Below, in pieces: positions 1 to 12,137 of a DNA stretch of 64,000 nt. The stretch's first letter is position 1, and each line of letters begins with the position of its first letter. Origin of the DNA: Chiloscyllium plagiosum (taxonomy: Eukaryota); contig NC_057719.1 of assembly GCF_004010195.1 (NCBI RefSeq), positions 55,221,077 to 55,285,076 of the forward strand, given 5' to 3'. Under the pieces are notes generated by a model, which was not told the origin of the DNA, ran no database searches, and was given only the letters and a program-made list of their open reading frames with translations. The position numbers were made by a program, and so were the translations under genes.

Positions 1-40
1 GAATCTGGTTTCCAGCATCTGCAGTCATTGTTTTTACCTT
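1..40 (+). mobile_element. Penelope-like element terminal-repeat tail, cut by window edge
   Basis: tccagcatctgcagtc motif shared with the other PLE remnants in the window. Confidence 0.5.
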
Positions 41-99
41 ATATATTGACTTGGGTCATATCCCTGCCAAAGAGAAAACAAGGTGTGACTTTGTCAGTG

Positions 100-887
100 T
101 TAGTTCTTTTCTAAAATATAGTCTTTTATGAGTAGAATACCGGTTAGTTGGATACTGATGAAGATTTGAGTATTCTGTAAAGAATGCTTGGATGACATTT
201 ATAAGAAAGATGAACTATATAGGTCAAACCTAAATAGTTTTTGATAAACAGATGGGTATTCAATGGAAGAACAAGATGAACTTTAACAGACTGTAGACAT
301 TGATGAAATTCAATTCAGAGATCCCTAGATCAGTGCTTGTGTTCAAATTACTGGATTGTGCTCAGGTGTCACATATGGACAGGTTCCTGCTTCAGTTGTT
401 CAGTTCCCAGAGAGGGACTCACAATTGGATCAGATATCTGCCACTTTGGAAAAGGTCCAGGGAAAGCAATCTTTCCCTGTATCCTCGGAGTAACAAATGA
501 AACATTTTGCAGTGATACAAAGAAGAGAAGACTGAATGGTTCTCCAGTTCAAAATGCTTCAAAGGTGTATTGTGTGGAAAAAGACAAACTATACAAATCT
601 TTGCTATGGTCTGATCTGGGTGTTCTTTCATGATTTATTTGTTTTTAGTGAGATCTGAATGTTTGCTGAATATAGTTTGTATTCAAATAAAAATAGATAC
701 CATGATTTTTTGCTGGCTTCATAAGGGAAACTACTTCAAAGCATTTTTATTATGCATATTAATGATTTTTTTTATGGGATGGTACAGTGGAATTTGGGAA
801 ATTTATATTTAATATGGTTACAATAAAATTTAAGATTGAGAGTCAGGCTTCTGGATCTCTTTTACATATGTTGATTTAGCTATTAAA
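100..887 (+). pseudogene. Decayed Copia-type LTR retrotransposon pol, RT part
   Basis: Frameshifted translation at ~690-880 gives DTMIFCWLHKG / IFIMHINDF-LWDGTVEF / FKIESQASGS, resembling the Copia RT (HVDD) region; left boundary uncertain. Confidence 0.6.
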
Positions 888-1693
888 TGTAGTGATTGTA
901 ACTAAGTTAGCTAGATGGACTTTATAGAATGTGAGTTCACTGATTGGAGCAGATTAACAGCCCCAATCAGGGAGCCCTGGCTGACAGATATAAACAGGAG
1001 TGTCTCCCCCTCCAACTCTATTTTGATTTAGTCCCTGCCCTCCCCTTCACTGTTCGATCACAGAAAAAAAAGAAATAAACAGGAGTGTTAGCATTGCCCT
1101 CTAAGAAGGGCACTGCTTGTCACCGGCCACTCGGGTGTTTCCTTTCTTCCTGGTGGTGGAAACTGAATAAAGATTCATGCACCTTGTGTCTCTCACTGTG
1201 TCTCACACCTGCACACACACACCATGGGTGCTGGGGAAAATAAGCACTACCACAGTTAGGTGGTAGTGAAAAAAATAGAAAAAAAAGAAAAAAAAAATAA
1301 ACAGGAGTGTCAGCATTGCCCTCTAAGAAGGGCACTGCTTGTCACTGGCCACATGGGTGTTTCCTTTCTTCCTAGTGCTGGATATTGAGTAAAGCTTTGT
1401 GCATCCTGTGTCTTTCACTGTGTCCCACACCTGTACACACATAATATGGGAGCTGGGGAAAATATAAGCACTACCGCAGTTAGGTGGTAGTGTGGGGGAA
1501 AGAAAAACGAAAAACAAAACAAAAACTTTGTTTCTTCTTTATTGTTTATTGAGATTTAAAAAAACAGGAGTATCAGAGGGTCCATTCACCCTGAGAGTTG
1601 GCTCTGAGAAAGCTAGACCAGCGTCAACTACTATGTACCATAATTAAAGGGTGACTTGGTAACAGGATACTGACCTCTATCAGAGTTAGTCCA
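888..1693 (+). mobile_element. Solo LTR inserted in the Copia fossil and itself split by inserts at 1005-1560
   Basis: Begins TGTAGTG, ends ..CA; CCAAT (963-967), TATA-like gatataaa (987-994), ATTAAA (~1644); Copia RT-like sequence on both sides; no clean TSD seen. Confidence 0.6.
1005..1560 (+). mobile_element. Three stacked poly(A)-tailed non-LTR retroposon 3' fragments (probably L1/Tx1-type 3' UTR)
   Basis: Motif (t)aaacaggagt(g/a)t(c/t) at 991-1004, 1076-1089, 1298-1311 and 1562-1574, the last three preceded by A-rich tracts; units 1090-1297 and 1312-1525 are diverged copies ending in a stem-loop. Confidence 0.7.
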
Positions 1694-2420
1694 GACCTGC
1701 TCTGCTGAATGAAATAACTGTAAAATCAGTAATCCTATTTAGATATTATTACTCCCATCCCTGGTAATCAAGCTCACTATCACTGAAAGGTGGTGATATA
1801 TTTTAAAAAGATATGAAACAATTGCAAAGCTTGATTGATCAATGAAATTGGTTGAACACTCAGATTAAGATAGATGCAAATTTTATTGCCATGGAATTAG
1901 GTAATGAGATCAAATACAATAAAGTCATGCATTTAAGCTTCCATTTCTGCCCAAGGTGCTTAAAACTAATCTTTTTTCATGCTAATCTTCCTAATGGGTA
2001 TTCAAGTGTGGCTGACTTCACAATACTTCCAACGAATATAACTGAGAACAGGTGTTCCTTCACTTAAGAAACTAAAGAAAGGTTATTAAAATACCTTGAT
2101 TGTTGAAACAATGACTCCGGAGGATGCATTGAATATCGGATACTCTTTGTTAAATATTTTAATTGAGATTATATAAAAGGAGCACACTGAAGACAATTTA
2201 ATCCTTCAAAATTATTTTGATAATTGTTCATTATGGGATACATATACCCTGTGTGAAATGTATGATTGAGTAAAGGTTATGAATTGATCTTGCTGCTTTG
2301 AAACAAATGCTGGAGAGAAAGGAAATCTCAAAAATTAAATGGTTGGATGCAAGAGATCAACTATTGGGTTGTTTTGCAAAATAAAGAACTCCAAAAAATT
2401 GTCCTGGAGGAAAGGTGTCT
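1694..2420 (+). pseudogene. Decayed Copia-type pol, end of RT and RNase H
   Basis: LKLIFFHANLPNGYSS (~1960-2007) and IE*RL*IDLAALKQMLERKEISKIKWLDARDQLLGCFAK (~2265-2381), resembling Copia RNase H (KRLRID...QLADCLTK). Confidence 0.7.
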
Positions 2421-3007
2421 CACAATCATTGCTCACTCCAGGACTTCAGTTGTCCCAAGAGTGGATAGGCACCAAACACGTCCTGGTCACCGATAAAATA
2501 CCAGCAGGTGGGTGAGGTGCTGCTGCCATGGCACCCATTTTACATCCCTTACCTATCAGTCTCGCAACCCACTTCTGACAGTGGGAGTGTGGAGAAAAGC
2601 AGAAAATTCCCAACAAAGAGGCATCTACTGAAATTATGATGTAGTTGAGTGAGGAGGTGTATTCATGCAATGTTAATTTTGTAAATAAGTGCAAGACTAA
2701 GTAAAGATTGGAACCAGCATCTTCCAGCTACTGCTATTGAGAGTAGAAAAAGAGCAGCTATGGTTTTGAGATGGGTCAATATATTTCTGCACAATTACTC
2801 TGACCATCAGGCCATAGGCCATCACTTGCAGTGATCTGTAGCAAAAGGTTGTAGATCCTATGTGATGTGACAAAAATCCCAATCCATTCTAATCCCAAAG
2901 AAAACACAAGTGCTGGAAATGCAATCTGATGTGTCAGCTAATGTCTGGTTCACCTAATAGTTTATTATTTTACTGTCTTAATCAACTTGCATAATAGCAA
3001 AATACTA

Positions 3008-3135
3008 TTGTGGGTCTACATTCAGCACATGGACTGCAACAGTTCTCCACTATTTTCTTAAGGGCAACTAAAGACATGCAATAAATGTTAGCCCCTAGTG
3101 GGTGGTGCTTAAGCCTGAGTGTGAATTAAAAAAAA
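3008..3135 (+). mobile_element. 3' end of CR1/L2-group LINE (family B)
   Basis: aagggcaacta..gcaataaatg plus A-rich tail; same end seen at ~9830, ~41410 and, reversed, at ~60110. Confidence 0.55.
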
Positions 3136-3607
3136 CAAAATACCATCATTATCCACAAGAAGGAAGCCATGTTAGTCATCAGCTTAGTATCACAGCTTAG
3201 TATCATACACACTATTGTGTCAAACTTTGTGAAGACCTGAATTAATAAGAAACTGTAGTAACATCAGCTTCTGTGTGGAATACTGTTCACAGGATTCATT
3301 GATTTTAAGACGTCAAAATCTCAAGGTGAAGGTGACAGCAGAATAGAAATTGGAAGCATTGAAAATTGAACTCCAACCACTTCCTCTTCATTGTGGACAT
3401 GTAATTCCTTGACACATCCATCCCCATCAGGATGGTTTCAGGACTCTCTGCTATTCCAATTGCAATTTTGTGCTAAGGACATTAAAAAAGACTATCAAGT
3501 AAAGAAAGTGTAAATCAGGATAACTTTCAAGACTTTAATTTCAACAAATTTGGTTTTGTGTACATTTAATCAATATGATAACTGCATCTGCGTCATCTAA
3601 ATTTCAC

Positions 3608-3728
3608 TTCACCTGACGAAGGAGCAGCACTCCAACAGCTTGAGATTTCAAATAAACCTGTTGGACTATAACCTGGTGTCATGTGACTTCTGGTCTTGTC
3701 CACCCCAGTCTCACACCGGGACTTCCAT
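3608..3728 (+). mobile_element. Penelope-like terminal-repeat remnant
   Basis: cacctgacgaaggagc...aataaacctgttggactataacctgg, homologous to 46921-47131. Confidence 0.7.
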
Positions 3729-3899
3729 TCTAAATTTGCTTCATTTCTGACGATTTTACTATGTTGCAAACAACCACGCATCTTAAAAATCCTCCTTTAC
3801 TTACTTCTGCACTGAAGTAGCTCTTCCATATCTTTAACCTGTCCAGGTGAATTGTAATATTTACTAGGCACCTCCGACTTGCATATTGTTCAGGGTCAC

Positions 3900-4053
3900 T
3901 TGAATACATGACCACGCACAGCGAAGATGGATGTGGACTGCAGCATTAGTAGGGAACTTCAGGACGCAACAGCACAGGAAGTTTAAACCCTGTCTCGACT
4001 TCCATCAGCAAACACTGACAAGCAGACAGCAGGTGAAGAATTTAAATGTCAGC
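3900..4053 (+). promoter_or_regulatory. Candidate promoter/5' UTR of the putative host gene
   Basis: Non-repetitive-looking, several retained CpGs, ETS-type ACAGGAAGT at 3974-3982, directly upstream of an ATG with A at -3. Confidence 0.3.
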
Positions 4054-4111
4054 ATGAAACGCCAATGGCTGCTCCGTGTCACTTTATGTCTCCTTGTGAA
4101 AGCAGTGGATT
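4054..4111 (+). CDS. Candidate first coding exon encoding a signal peptide (MKRQWLLRVTLCLLVKAVD, phase-1 intron)
   Basis: agcATG context, basic N-terminus plus hydrophobic core, consensus donor GTGAGT at 4112. Confidence 0.6.
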
Positions 4112-5349
4112 GTGAGTTCACCACCCATAGTATCAGAGGTATGTAACTCGCATTCCACCACTGTTTTAAATGTCGATACCTAGAGAGGATTGTCAAGGTG
4201 ATTAGCTGAAATGTCTGAGTTTATATTGAAAGCGTGACCTTGCACTTGTATTATTGATTGGTAAAAGGTAATTAAAAGAATAACGTGAATTTGTAAATGT
4301 TTCGTGAGCTTCCATGTAATGAGTAACATAATCACATACATTAAACATAGGGTGTCATGCTATTCATCATATTTTTATCAAAATCCAAATTTCCTCTATT
4401 TCAATGCTTCTGGGAATTTTATAGATATTTCAATAATAGTTCCCCTCCTTTATGGATGTCCACATCTGAATCAGAGGAAATGTGAAACTTTTTCTTGTAT
4501 AGGCATTCTTCAAGGAATTATTATGCTATTGACTCAACAAAGAGAGTCCAATGTTCATATAGGCTATCCGTTTCTTAGTCAAACCTTATATTTGAGCTTC
4601 AATTGAACTTGTATTTTGTATTTGTGGATCCAAAGCAAAGGAAAGCAATTGTTGGTGTAAAATGAGCTGTTGATGCATTATCACCTGCTTTGCACAAATG
4701 CCCAGGACCATGTACATTTAAAAATTCTAACTTTATTTTCTTAAGTGGCAAACACAACTACTATTCTAACAAAGTTCTCTTTAGATTTAGATAGCAAGTG
4801 CTATTTGTTTACTTCAAAAAAAGTAATTTTCAATTGTTATTGATATACAATGCAATTTTCTACAAAAAAACACAAGGAACTATAAATACTGAAAATCAGA
4901 AACAAAAATAGTAATTGTCAGAAAAACTCAGCAGGTATGGCTGCATCTGTTTTACAGTAGGAGAAGGAGAAACTTTTACAATATTTCACATATGAACCGC
5001 AAGTACACTGTGTGACTCTTTAGATTTATTATTCAGAAACATATTTACAATTGGCATTTTTGGCCAGTTTTGAAACAGAAAGTGATAAACGTGTCTTTAA
5101 TTTCTGACACTGATTTGATAAATAATAAAGGAAAGTCTATGTAGTATGACAAAATAAAGATGATATTATTAGTACCTTGAATTTCTGTAACTAAAATTGA
5201 TAAAGGACTATTTGTATAGCACAAAGGTCTGATCACAAATCTGTAAGTATATTTCACAATAAATAAAGGCAATTTAATTAATATATACATGCAAGCTACA
5301 TATATATATATATATGGGATCACTCACAGCATGTTTCACAATCAAGTAA

Positions 5350-6612
5350 ATGCTCAAGTAACTAGGGGAAAGGAAGTGTACTGTAACAAAATTTGCAGAA
5401 GGCACAAAAATAGATGGAAAGGCAAGTTTTAGGGTGGATACAAATAGCTTATAATTTTACTGGAGGCTAATTAAGTGGACAGAATGTTGGCAAATAGTGT
5501 ATAATGTGGGAAAAGATGAAGTTGCTCATTTTGGAAGGAAGAACAGTAGATTAGATTTCCTACAGTGTGGAAAGAGGCCGTTCAGCCCAACAAGTCCACA
5601 TCCGATCCTCCGAAGAGTAAGCTGCCCAGACCTATTCCCCTCTCACTAGTGTAACTAACACTATGGGCAATTCAGCATGGCCAATTCACCTGACTTGCAC
5701 ATCTTAGGACTTTGGGAGGAAACTGGGGCACCTAGAGGAAACCCACGCAAGCACAGGGAAAATGTGCAAACACCACAGACAGTCAACCACGGCTGGAACC
5801 GAACCTGGGACCCTGGTGCTGTGAGGCAGCAGTGCTAACCACTGAGCCACTGTGTCACCATTATAAAAATAGAGAATAACTGCAGAAAGCTGTAACACAA
5901 GGGGAGTTGGAAGTACATGTGCACAAAACACTAAACGCTAGTGAACAGGGTGCAGTGGGTAATCAGGAAGACTAATGCAATGTTGGCCCTTATTTCAAGG
6001 GGATTGGAGTTTAAGATTAGGGAAGTCTTACTGCAACTTACAAGGTGCTGGCGAGACTACATCTGGAGTTCTGTGAACAGATTTGGACTCTTATTTAAAG
6101 AAAAAATATCATTTCATTGGAAATAGTTCAGAGAAGGTCAATAGGATGATACCTAGTATGGAGGAATAGTCTTATATGAGATGATTAAATAGGCTGTGAC
6201 ACTTCTCATTGGCGTTTAGAAGAATGAGAGGTGATCTCATTCAAACACATAGAATTTTGAAAGAAATTGTCAGTAAATGCTGAGAGAATGCTTCCCTCAT
6301 TGGTGAGTGTAGACCAGACAATTTAGTCTCAGAGCAACGCGTCACCAATTTAAGACGGAGATAAGGAAGAATTTCTTCCCTTAGAGGGTTGTGAATCTGT
6401 GGAACATCTTGCCACAGAGAGCTGTGGGGCAGGGGAATTGTATATATTTTAAGTTGAGACAGCTAGATTCTTGGTCAGTACAGGAATCAATAGTTATGGG
6501 GGAAGGGCAGGAAAGTGGATGTGAGAAATGTCAGATCAGTCATGACGCCATTGAATGGCAGAGCAGACTCAAGGGGCTGAATGGTCTACTCTTGTTCCGA
6601 TTTCATTAAATT
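5350..6612 (+). mobile_element. CR1 LINE 3' fragment, interrupted by a SINE
   Basis: KTNAMLALISRGLEFKIREVLLQL and VNLWNILPQRAV peptides; CR1 3' UTR motif gggctgaatgg. Confidence 0.85.
5547..5859 (-). mobile_element. tRNA-derived SINE (HE1/V-SINE type)
   Basis: Minus strand: A-box tggctcagtgg, B-box-like ggttcggttcc, central gcgtgggtttcc domain, CR1-like 3' end with aatct repeats. Confidence 0.9.
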
Positions 6613-6866
6613 GTGGTCTCATAGTCTGTGTCAATATCTCATTGTCACTCATACTGCATATCCCCCAATCACCCCATAGGCTTTTATCGCTGCAATGTCA
6701 GCTTAATGCCAGTTTATAACCCCTGTACTTCTATTTGTTCTTCCGCCTCCTCGTTGATTTATTTATTATCCAGAAACAAATCCTTTTTGAAATAAAGTTA
6801 CAAGCTTATCGATGATGTTATTGTTGAGAAAAAAAACTCACTCATTGATAGAAAAAGAATGCTCAA

Positions 6867-7740
6867 AGCTTGCTCGCTGAGCTGGAAGGTTCAATTCCAG
6901 ACGTTTCGTCACCCTACTGGGCAACATCTTCAGTGGGCCTCAGGCGAAGTACTGCTGATAATTCCTGCTTTCTATTTATATGTTTGGGTTTCTTTGGGCT
7001 GGTGATGTCATTTCCTGTGGTGATATCATTTTCTGTGGTGAGGTCACTTCCTGTCCCTTTTCTCAGGGGGTGGCAGATGGGGTCTAACTCAATGTTTTTG
7101 TTAATAGAGTTCCAGTTGGAATGCCATGCTTCTAGGAATTCTCGTGTGTGTCTTGGTTTAGCTTGTCCTAGGATGGATGTATTGTCCCAGTCGAAGTGGT
7201 ATCCTTCCTCATCTGTAAGGATACTAGTGAGAGATGGTCATGTCTTTTTGTGGTTAGTTGGTGTTCATGTATCCTGGTGGCTAGTTTTCTGTCTGCTTGT
7301 CCAACGTAGTGTTTGTTACAGCCCTAGCACAGTATTTTGTAAATGACATTAGTTTGCTTGTTGTCTATAAAGGGTCTTTCAAGTTCAGTAGCTGCTGTTT
7401 TAGTGTGTTGGTGGATTTGTGGGCTACCATGATGCCAAGGCATCTGAGTAGTCTAGCAATCATTTCTGAGATGTCTTTGATGTAGGGGAGAGTGGCTAGG
7501 GTTTCTGGACGTTTTTTGTCTGCTTGTTTGGGTATATGCTGAGAAATCAGCGGACTGTATTCATTGGGTAACCATTCTTTTTGAATACACAGTATAGGTG
7601 ATTTTCCTCTGCTCTGCATAGTTCCTCTGTGCTGCAGTGTGTGATGGCTCATTGAAATAATGTTCTAATGTAGCTTTGTTTGTGGGTGTTGGAATGATTG
7701 CTTCTGTAGTTCAATATTTCGTCTGTTGTGTTGTTTCCAG
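6867..7740 (-). mobile_element. Penelope-like element: end of RT, GIY-YIG endonuclease and terminal repeat
   Basis: ATLPYIKDISEMIARLL..VAHKSTNTLKQQLLNLKDP followed by NVIYKI..HYVGQ; an opposite-orientation terminal piece lies at ~8048-8105. Confidence 0.85.
6897..6936 (-). ncRNA. Minimal type-I hammerhead ribozyme motif in a PLE
   Basis: cca-CUGAAGA-u-GUUGCCC-agua-GGGUGAC-GAAAC-GUC-ugg: intact core, 7-bp stem II, 3-bp stem I. Confidence 0.65.
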
Positions 7741-7744
7741 TAGG

Positions 7745-8040
7745 ATTTTCTAAATTAATCTAGTCCTATTTGCCAGCATTTTGGCCATATTCATCTAAAC
7801 CCTTGTTATTCATAGACCCATCCAGTTGCTTTATAAATGCTGTGAATATACCAGTCTCCACTACATCCTCTGGCTGATCATTCCTTGCACATACCACCAT
7901 CTGCATGAAAAAGTTACTCCTTGGTTCCCTTTTGAATCTTTCCTTTTTGCCTTAAATCTATGCCCTCTCGTTTTGGAATCCCATACCCTGAGGAAAAGTC
8001 CTTGAGTAGTCACTCTTTCCATGCGCACACATGGTTTTAT
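7745..8040 (-). mobile_element. CR1 3' fragment
   Basis: SKTRGHRFK peptide; homologous to 36778-37500. Confidence 0.8.
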
Positions 8041-8259
8041 AAAACTACAGCGAGCAAACCTACATTCAAACCTCAACCTGAGCTACAAATCTTCTCAAAA
8101 CTTGCTAATACTCAAAACATTGAAGTTGCGAGAACTAATCCATTATCCAAGTGATAAATTCCTTATGCCATTAAATGTTTCACTTATGTAATTAATAACA
8201 TGTCAGAGAAAAGCAGCGCACCCAGCAGAAACAGGGAGAACATGCAAACTCCACACAGT

Positions 8260-9100
8260 CTTGCAACACAATTCCTCCTTCACTCCCAACATGACCCCAC
8301 AGCCTGATTGCACCTTCAGCTTTATTTACAGAAGATGTAACACCTTTCTGTTTAATTTCTCCCTCCTCAGTATCCAAGAATCCAAACACACCTTCCAGGT
8401 GAAGCAGCGCTTTACCTGCACTTCACTTTCTCTGGTCTACTACATTCACTGTTTATAATGTTGTCTCCTCCACAATGGGGAAACAAAGCACAGGCTGGGT
8501 GACTGTTTTGGGCAGAACACCTACACTGTGTCTGCAAAAATGACCTGAGCTTCCAGTTGCCTGCCACTTCAACACACTACCATATTCCCTGGCCATCATC
8601 TCTGTCTCAGGCTTGCTACAGTGCTCCAGTGAAACTCAGCACAAGGTGGAAGAACAGCTTCTCATTTTCTGCTTGGGGACTTTGCAGTCTTCTGGACTCA
8701 ATATTGAGTTCAACTATTTTAGGCTATGTCTTTACCCCAATCCCTATACACCAGCTCTTACCATGACATGGGTTGCTAGCACACACAACCCATTATCAGC
8801 TACAAATAGCCACCATTAGCAACTGTTCCCCCAGAGTGATCTTTTACCACTCCTTTGTCTGTCCAACTGTTTTTTTCTCTTTCTTTGGGCTGTATCTCCA
8901 CCTATTATTTATCTTGCCCTCCCCCAAGCCATTTTCTGTATAAATATCATCCTTTTCCTAGCTACCATTAGTTCTGAAACAGAGTCACTGGACCTGAAAC
9001 ATTAACTCTGATTTCTCTGCTGCGAACTTGCTGAAACTTCGAAGAAATTTTAGTTTTTGTTTTTGTACTGGATTCCACTTGCGCAGTTTTTTTTCATTTT
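8260..9100 (+). mobile_element. Penelope-like GIY-YIG fragment with terminal repeat
   Basis: SKHTFQVKQRFTCTSLSLVYYIHC and EEQLLIFCLGTLQSSGLNIEFN, homologous to the GIY-YIG at 55775-56115. Confidence 0.8.
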
Positions 9101-9534
9101 GTTTTCCCAGAATTAACTTTGCTGATGAAACACTCTGAAAAACACAATACTTTATTTTAAATCCCCATATATTTTGAATACTTTCTTGACAACTTTTGGA
9201 GTGTCAATTTGCTGGTACATTGTTTTCATATAATCATTCTTTACCTCCACCAAAAGATACCCTTGCTCTATTATGTTTATTCCAGGACACAAATAAAAAG
9301 GGTAGAATATCTTTCCAGAACAAGAGAAATATAAAGCATTTCTCCAGCTTTCACCCCTCATACTCTCTCACTCCCTGTCAATTCCACACAATCTCCATGC
9401 TTCACCCATTAATTAGTGCCCTCTGCTTACCCCATGGCCCTTCATACGTCTATACCAACATAGTGCCTATTTGCACCCACTACCCATTTTTCCTTCACCT
9501 GTTATGCTAACTTATGAGTATCCCAAATAATTAC

Positions 9535-9905
9535 AGCTTCAACAACACTCAAGAAGCTTGACACCACCCAGGATAAAGCAGTTATTTGATCTTCAACATG
9601 TTTTCTCTTTACTGCTGAGGCATATGGTAGCAGAGAGCACCATCTAGAAGATGTACTACAATTATTCACAAAGGCTCCTTAAACAGAACTCATGACCTAT
9701 ACTACCTAGAAGGACAAGAGGAGCATAAACATGGGAATGCCACCACCTCAGATTTCCCTAACAGCACTACAGGTGTTCCTGTACCCCCAGGACTGCAGCG
9801 GTTCAAGAAGGTGCTTCTCGTGAGCTTCTGCAAAGCAATAAATGCTAAGGCAATAAATTATGGCTGAGCCAACAATGTCCACACACTGTGAATGAATTTT
9901 TAAAA
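9535..9905 (+). mobile_element. CR1/L2-group LINE family B 3' fragment
   Basis: caacaacactcaagaagcttgacacc..caggataaagcag and 3' end gcaataaat; homologous to 40990-41470. Confidence 0.7.
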
Positions 9906-11659
9906 TGCAGCAATTGCTCATGCACATAGTAGAAAACGAAATTATATTTCCATATTTCAGACTACTCAATACAAAGCATTGTCATCCATAAAGATTCCAC
10001 TACCTTCACAACAGGTCAATGCTTGTTGACACTTTTTGACATTTCTTGGCACTTTCTTACCCTTCATGACACTTGTTAATACTTGTTGACAAGTCTTGAC
10101 AAGTTGTATATTTGGAAGAGGTTTATGCACCATTTATGCATAAACTCCCTCATAGTTAACAATCCTAAAGGTACCCAAAGGATAGCAGTCCACATCCCAA
10201 GTGATCCCTGAAGCCACTGTAAAGGCGCTCTGGGATCACATGAGAAAGGGTAACTTAATTTTCCAAGTAGTACTTGACAATTCAAAAGAGTTGCACTGAG
10301 AACAGCATGTTTTGACCAAGTCTAAACTCCCTCCTATAGGTTCCACACTCCAGTGACTCCTAACTCCCACCTCAGTGGAGACTGCTGGTTATTTAAATGG
10401 CCAGCTGCCTCTAAGAACCAGTTGCAAACTACAGCCCATAAATAAACCCATGCCCATATAATGAGAGATGCGGATTTTGTGATTCCTGCTTTTCTCTGGC
10501 ATTTTTACCACAGGGAAGATGTTCTCTGTCATGGTCAACCATTCATCCAGTGCTCAAGGAGTCTATAAATTTTGCTGCTGCTGAGGATACCAAGCAGCAA
10601 TTAAACAACTGTGGTCTCAGATTCAACTCTCACAACTGAAGGACTCTAAAAAATTTCAAACCACTAATTCTTTATTCTTCCTTTGTATAAGACAACCTCC
10701 CTTACTTTAAAAGAAAACTTGTTAACTTTGTCTCTGTTGTCTTTAAGGAATTAGTAAGTAGTAAAAGTCCTCTTTATTTAACTCAAGAAAACTTTACTAT
10801 TGTATCCATAATTTTGATTTGTACTGTCATTTAGTTGAAGTATGATAGAATTGTGTGTGTTAAAGAATGAACCTCTGACCAAGGAGTGTTTAAAAAAAAG
10901 AGAAGCTAATCCACCTTCCGCAGTGGTCATAATAAAATTTAAACCAAAATACATAATTAACCATTGTTCATATAAAGAAACCCAGAGGTCTGTGTCATTA
11001 TTTAAATTTGCAAGGAGATTCAGAATAAAATTCTAAATTAAATATTTAGCTTTAAGTTGAGTGTATTGTAACATGAAGGGCTAACATTTGGCACATGTTT
11101 TTTTCTAGTGACAGGCCTGATTTGTGGCCTGCGTGCTCTGATATTGATTATTCCATTAGGCTAAGCCTGTGCCACACTACTGGTTGCCTGCTGTTGAGAG
11201 AACATGCTGCAGCCAAACTTCTGCTCACAAAGTCAGACAGTCACCTTAAAGGGAAGCCATACTGATAAATATTGTTGCAATTTAAAACATGCAAAATTGA
11301 ACACCAGGCACGAGACTGATAAGTGCCTGTGCTGGATGCTTTTAGAATTGACATTGTTCCTGGGGGGCTTGGCTGCCCTCAAGGAGAACCTCCGAAAGGA
11401 AACGATAGCACGTGGCCAGGGAAGGCAGTTCCCAGTGTCTCGTCCTAAGCAGATGTAGCAGAGCCAGATGAAAAAGTCTTGACCTCATTCAGGTGGCCAA
11501 GGTCAGAGACTGAATTCTCACATGGTATCTATCCATTGCACTGCCAATTTCATGCTGCTCAATGCACCGCCTCACAATAATTTAAAATATGGACTAATGA
11601 CCTTTGAAATAAAAGAAGATTTATTGGAAAGATATCTGGAATAAGAAACTTAATTTACT

Positions 11660-12010
11660 AGAGAGGCAATTAAGAAATTGGGATTGTTCTCCTTAACATA
11701 AAGAAGGTAAAGGAGAAACTATTTCCCCTCTGGCAGGTTTTGGTAACTTGAGGATACAGGTTTAAAAGATTAGCAAAGGAACTAGAGGGGAGATAGTGAT
11801 TTTTTTCTAACAGCAATTTGCTACACTCTTAAATGCATTATTGGGCAGCAGATGCCAGTTCAATACTAGCTTTCAAAGTGAAATAGGATAAATACTTGAA
11901 AAGGAAATATTTACAGCGTTGGTGGAAAAGAGCCAGGGAATGGGACAAAGTGGATAGCTCTTTTATAGAGGCACAATAAATCTAACAACCTCCTTCTGTA
12001 TTTTTTGATT
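11660..12010 (+). mobile_element. Old CR1 3' fragment
   Basis: Degenerate ttgggattgttctcctt / gaggatacaggtttaa segments (LGLFSL and TRGHRFK equivalents). Confidence 0.55.
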
Positions 12011-12137
12011 CATGGTGACAGCTTTTTAAAACAAGTTCAATATTACAGTCCCATGCTCAACATATGACTGTTGTTGAAGCCTGACAATCACTGGCTAATG
12101 TTATTGGCTTGTACAGAGAGAGAAGAGTCAATTCTCT

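Noticed and set aside
991..1574. CRISPR-like repeat-spacer reading of the recurring 14-bp motif
   Set aside because: Eukaryotic context; spacers are unequal, two are homologous and all are A-tailed; TSDs explain it better
4054..4111. Naming the gene (e.g. CD247-like or another receptor with a short phase-1 signal exon)
   Set aside because: No diagnostic downstream exon found in the window; a signal peptide alone cannot identify a family
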